From contig CAVXKA010000003.1 of assembly GCA_963762255.1 (NCBI GenBank), positions 96,001 through 160,000 of the forward strand: DNA of 64,000 nucleotides. Direction: 5' to 3'. This stretch comes from Candidatus Eiseniibacteriota bacterium (GTDB lineage Bacteria > Eisenbacteria > RBG-16-71-46 > JABDJR01). Positions within the stretch are counted from its first letter, which is position 1, and the number at the start of each line of letters is the position of its first letter. Position numbers and translations under genes: made by a program. The notes under the pieces were generated by a model, which was not told where the DNA came from, ran no database searches, and saw only the letters and a program-made list of their open reading frames with translations. Positions 60,276 through 64,000 of the stretch are shown piece by piece.

Positions 60276-63200
60276 CAGAACGACCCCCGCACTTCGAGCC
60301 GTCCCTCGTGAAGCGCGCCCAGCCCGCGCGGATGATCGAGCGCGAGGGCGGCGGTGAGCACGACCCCTTCGCGCAGCCGCGCCTCGGCGAGGAGATCGAA
60401 TCGCCATCCTTCGCTCAGGGACGGCGCGCCCGGGCCGCGCACGCCGATGAAGCCTTGGCGGCGAAGCAACGTTGTGCGCGCGTAGCGCAGGTCGAGACGT
60501 CCGAAGCGAGACAGCGACCACTGCACACGCGGCCGCAGCACCCAGCCCGCGGCATCCCGATCGCGTCCCGTCTCCTCGCTGTAGGTGGCCTCGGCCGAGA
60601 CGCGACCGTTGCCCCCCGCCGCACCGATGCGCCGGCCGCCGCGCGCGGTGGCAGCGCGCAGGTCGGTGGTCTGCGCGAAGCGCCCATCGCCCCCGAGGTC
60701 CACCTCCTCGCGACGCGATCCCAGCGACCCTTCGATCTCCGCATCCCAACCCGGCCCCGGCGTGGCCCGCAGCGTGGCGGCGTAGGTATCGTCCCCGCTC
60801 GTCTCCACGAGCGCGTCCTCCCCCGCGCCGGGCGTACGCGCCACCCGGCGGTTCGCTTCCTGCCGCAGGCGCGCTCCGAACGCGCGGTTCAGCGGCAAGA
60901 GATCGATCGTCTGGCGCTCGTTCAGCCGCCCGTCCACCGTCGTACGTCGGCTCAGGTACGAGCTCGGCGAGAGGAAGTAGCGCGGCGTGACCAGCGGAAG
61001 GAGCGAGGCTTCGTTCAACGTGGCGAAACCCTCCCACGCGACCTTGCGCATCCAGGGCGCGACGCGCACATCCGGTCCCGGCGGCGACCAGCGCAAGCGC
61101 GTGGACATCTCCACCTGCCCCGTGAGCGTCTCCTCTCCGAGCGGCCCGTAGACGACGTCGTAGCCGCCGCCCGAGCCCACGTAGTTGCCGAAGCGATCGA
61201 AGTAGCCGGCGCTGTCGGAGACCGCGGGCACGATGGTCTTCGAGCGCCGCCGCACTCCCTCGGTGCCGATGTCCACGGTGAGGAGCCCGCTCCACGCGCC
61301 GCTCATCGCCCGATGGCGCAGGTCGAGCCGCCCGAGGTCGCGACGCTCGTCGCCGGAGCCGGCCGCATCCACGCGCCGCGCCTCGTAGCGCACGGCCGCG
61401 CTCACCGAGCGCAGGTCGGCGGTGAGCGAAGCGAAGAGGGTGCGCGCATCCTGGGTCTCGCGCCAATCGCCGGTCGCGGTCTGAAGCGAATCGTCGAGGC
61501 GCCTGCCCACCCCGATCTCCCACTCCACCGGCCACACGTCGCGCGGGAACAGCAGCGCGGCCTGCCAGTCGCGATGCCGCTCGCCCGCGCCGGTGGCCGC
61601 GCGGCGGCGCGTCTCGTTCGAGGCCTGGACGCGCGGTCGCACCCACCCCGCGCGCCAGTTCGCGTTGCCTTCCACGCGATCGAGTTCGCCTCGGCGGGTG
61701 CCCGCCTCATCGCGAGCGCTCGTCCACGCGACGCCGGCGCCGAGACGCGTGTCGCTCCAGTCCAAACCCTGTCGCTGGCGAAGCGCGGAGAACGTGTCGG
61801 CGAGCGCGAATCGTCCCCCCTCGGCGGACCAGCGCAGGCGATTTCTCCATCGCAGCTCGAAGGCGGCCTCGCCCAGGCTCTCATCGCGGATCTCCTCGGT
61901 GCCGGTGAGGTTCCACTGGCGCGCGAAGAACGCGGGGCGCAGGCGCGCGGGCGCGTCGAAACCCTGGCCGGTGCGCCGCACGCGGAATCGCGGCGTCCAT
62001 GCGAAGCCGCGGCCGAGGGAGCGCGCGCTCAGGTTTCCTTCTGCGAGGAACGCGCCTCCCTGGTTGTCGCCGTCATCGAGAGGGCTCAGCACGTTGCGGT
62101 CCGCGTTGGCGATCGCCCCTTCCACCGCGAGTCGTCCCGCCGCGCCGTTCAGGTCCCAGCGCAGGCTTCCCACCTCGCGGCGTTCGGGGGCGGGAAGGTT
62201 GCGCCGCACGACGTAGCTTCCTTCGCCTTCACCGACGAAACGGAACACGGTGCGTGTCGTCGCGATTTGCGTGTCGATCGCGTAGTCGCCGCGTCCTTCG
62301 CCCACGCTCACGAAGGTGACGTCGTACTCTCCCGCGCCGTCGAGGAACACGTAGATCTCGCGGCCGGTGGCGGGGTCCACCACGAGTCGATAGTCGCCGC
62401 CGTTGGGGCCGCGATACTTCGGGCCGCCGCTCGCGGAGGCGGAGTCCCCGAGCGCCGCGAGTTGGTCGCGTTCGGCCTCGCTGAGTTCCCCGCCGAAGGG
62501 ATCGTCGGCGCTGTCCCCCTCGCGAAAGTAGCCCGCGCGAAGGGCGCCGAAGCGCGCGTCGGAGCGCGACTCCCCTCCGGCAAAGGTCACGCGTCGCCGG
62601 TAGCGTGATGTGGCGAACTGATAGTCGACGGAGATCTGCGTGTTGGCGGTAACCGGGCGGCGGCCCGTGAACGTGATCTCGCCCAGGCCGTAGTCGATCA
62701 CGTAATCGTTCTCTTCGCCGCGCGCGAGCAGCGCGCCGTCGAACCAGATCTTCTCCGAGCCGGCCACCACCACGACCCCGATCGAGTCGGCGCGGTCGGT
62801 GAGGCGATACGGTCCTTGCTTGCCGTCCACGCCGAAGAACGAGAGGCTGGCGTACTCCCCTTTTGCGGAGGCCACCGCGCCGCGGGCGCGGCCGGGCCCC
62901 ACCGAGGCCTCGGCGGTGAACCCCTCCATCTCGCGCCGCACGTCGAGGAACGCGAGCCCCCCCACGGTGAGCGCCACGTCGCCCAGGTTCGCCTCCGCGC
63001 GCGGCGACTTGACCTGCACGAGGATGCGATCGATCTCCTCCAGCTCCGCGGTGTTTCCCTCCGGCTCGAACGGAATGTCCTGATCGGACAGGATGGCCAG
63101 GAGCGAGACATCGCGCGTCACCTGACCGGTAAGCTTGAGATCGAGGGTCTGGCGGAGTTTGAGATCGCTGCGGTTGCCGACCTCGATACCGAGCGTCTTG

Positions 63201-63649
63201 CTCCCCGACAGCGCGAGCCCCGCGCTCTCCTCGTCGCCGGTGAACGGCGTCGGACGCGCGACCGGCTCCGGAGTCTCCACCGTCGGCGGCCGGCGGCGAT
63301 GCGGATCCTCGCGAAGGCGGTAGGGCCCATCGAGCGTGAGCGGCAACGCGCGATAGATGGCGACCAGCGTGTGCCCCACCCGCAGGGTATCCACGCCGAG
63401 CAGCGTGAAGCACCCGGCGTCCGAGTCGAGCGCGTAGTCGACGCCCGGGACGAGGAGTCGCTCTCCCTCGCGGATCTCCACCGTGGAGACGAGAAGGTAG
63501 CGCCGGCGCAGGCACGCCACGCGCTCGTCGCGCTCCAGGCGAACGGTGTCGCTCTGCGCGGCGATCGCCGGGACGGCGTGAGACGGTGGAGGCGGCGGCC
63601 CGCCCGCCGCGGCGACCGCAAGAAGAACGATCGCGGCGCTCAAGATCAC
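60275..63649 (-). CDS. Large outer-membrane beta-barrel protein with SprA-like N-terminal motifs
   Basis: Signal peptide; LSGSKTLGIEVGN..LDLKLTGQ..LSDQDIPFEPEGNT; VVVAGSEKIWFDG..DYVIDYGLGEITF; C-terminal LEVRGSF beta-signal. Confidence 0.65.
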   Translation of the reverse strand: MILSAAIVLLAVAAAGGPPPPPSHAVPAIAAQSDTVRLERDERVACLRRRYLLVSTVEIREGERLLVPGVDYALDSDAGCFTLLGVDTLRVGHTLVAIYRALPLTLDGPYRLREDPHRRRPPTVETPEPVARPTPFTGDEESAGLALSGSKTLGIEVGNRSDLKLRQTLDLKLTGQVTRDVSLLAILSDQDIPFEPEGNTAELEEIDRILVQVKSPRAEANLGDVALTVGGLAFLDVRREMEGFTAEASVGPGRARGAVASAKGEYASLSFFGVDGKQGPYRLTDRADSIGVVVVAGSEKIWFDGALLARGEENDYVIDYGLGEITFTGRRPVTANTQISVDYQFATSRYRRRVTFAGGESRSDARFGALRAGYFREGDSADDPFGGELSEAERDQLAALGDSASASGGPKYRGPNGGDYRLVVDPATGREIYVFLDGAGEYDVTFVSVGEGRGDYAIDTQIATTRTVFRFVGEGEGSYVVRRNLPAPERREVGSLRWDLNGAAGRLAVEGAIANADRNVLSPLDDGDNQGGAFLAEGNLSARSLGRGFAWTPRFRVRRTGQGFDAPARLRPAFFARQWNLTGTEEIRDESLGEAAFELRWRNRLRWSAEGGRFALADTFSALRQRQGLDWSDTRLGAGVAWTSARDEAGTRRGELDRVEGNANWRAGWVRPRVQASNETRRRAATGAGERHRDWQAALLFPRDVWPVEWEIGVGRRLDDSLQTATGDWRETQDARTLFASLTADLRSVSAAVRYEARRVDAAGSGDERRDLGRLDLRHRAMSGAWSGLLTVDIGTEGVRRRSKTIVPAVSDSAGYFDRFGNYVGSGGGYDVVYGPLGEETLTGQVEMSTRLRWSPPGPDVRVAPWMRKVAWEGFATLNEASLLPLVTPRYFLSPSSYLSRRTTVDGRLNERQTIDLLPLNRAFGARLRQEANRRVARTPGAGEDALVETSGDDTYAATLRATPGPGWDAEIEGSLGSRREEVDLGGDGRFAQTTDLRAATARGGRRIGAAGGNGRVSAEATYSEETGRDRDAAGWVLRPRVQWSLSRFGRLDLRYARTTLLRRQGFIGVRGPGAPSLSEGWRFDLLAEARLREGVVLTAALALDHPRGLGALHEGRLEVRGSF

Positions 63650-63652
63650 CGA

Positions 63653-64000
63653 TCAGTCTCCGGAGACTCGAAACGCGGCGAGCCTCCCCGAGCATCCTTC
63701 CCCCACCAGGAGGCGGCCTCCCGCAGCACCCACGGCGCCGGTGGCGTAGGTGTGGCCGGCGCACGGTCCGGACCCTTGCAGCGCGAACACCCGCCGGGAC
63801 ACGAGCGCGCCGTCGAGGATCTCTACACCGCTTCCGCTCACCACCGCGTAGCCCTCGCGACCCAGCGCCGCCACGCCGCGCGGCGGTTCGGCCCAGCTCC
63901 GCGCCCCGCGCACGCCTCCCAGTTCATCGATCAGGACGATTCGCGAGTTGCCTTCGTCGGCCACGATGAACGGAGGCCGATCCCCGACGGCCACCGCGCC
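63653..64000 (-). CDS. NHL-repeat-like protein (partial; start lies beyond the window)
   Basis: VADEGNSRIVLID..G and EPPRGVAA NHL-like motifs; reading frame open to the window edge. Confidence 0.55.
   Translation of the reverse strand, partial: GAVAVGDRPPFIVADEGNSRIVLIDELGGVRGARSWAEPPRGVAALGREGYAVVSGSGVEILDGALVSRRVFALQGSGPCAGHTYATGAVGAAGGRLLVGEGCSGRLAAFRVSGD

Overview
Very GC-rich bacterial chromosomal window. The FlgD-Ig and 'TWGxxKxxYR' C-terminal tails suggest an FCB-related lineage such as Eisenbacteria, Krumholzibacteria or Latescibacteria (inference). Most real genes are on the minus strand. Gene order along the window: glmM, tRNA-Thr(CGT), tRNA-Phe(GAA), a degenerate GAF/histidine-kinase-like gene, a futalosine-pathway menaquinone operon (mqnE-A-C-ubiA-ubiX-menG plus an acyltransferase), two secreted paralogues, dprA, obg/coaD/rsmD/aroK, a ~23 kb Myxococcus/Geobacter-like type IV pilus locus with two sigma54 promoters (pilR and pilT each carry a single-base frameshift), comEA, an ECF S-component/outer-membrane-receptor fusion ORF, PHP and SgmX-like TPR genes, hutI and hutU split by a secreted beta-propeller gene, dinG, ligA, a TIMP-like/HEAT protein, a DUF222-like HNH endonuclease, and an Omp85/large beta-barrel/NHL cluster. 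The strongest unexplained signal is a 20-bp palindrome, ATGCTCACCCGGGTGAGCAT, seen five times within 47.5-58.7 kb. It brackets the HNH gene, sits inside it, and brackets the gene between hutU and hutI. Other candidates are an interchangeable C-terminal sorting tail and the S-component/receptor fusion. All protein calls come from motif recognition by eye; no database searches were run.
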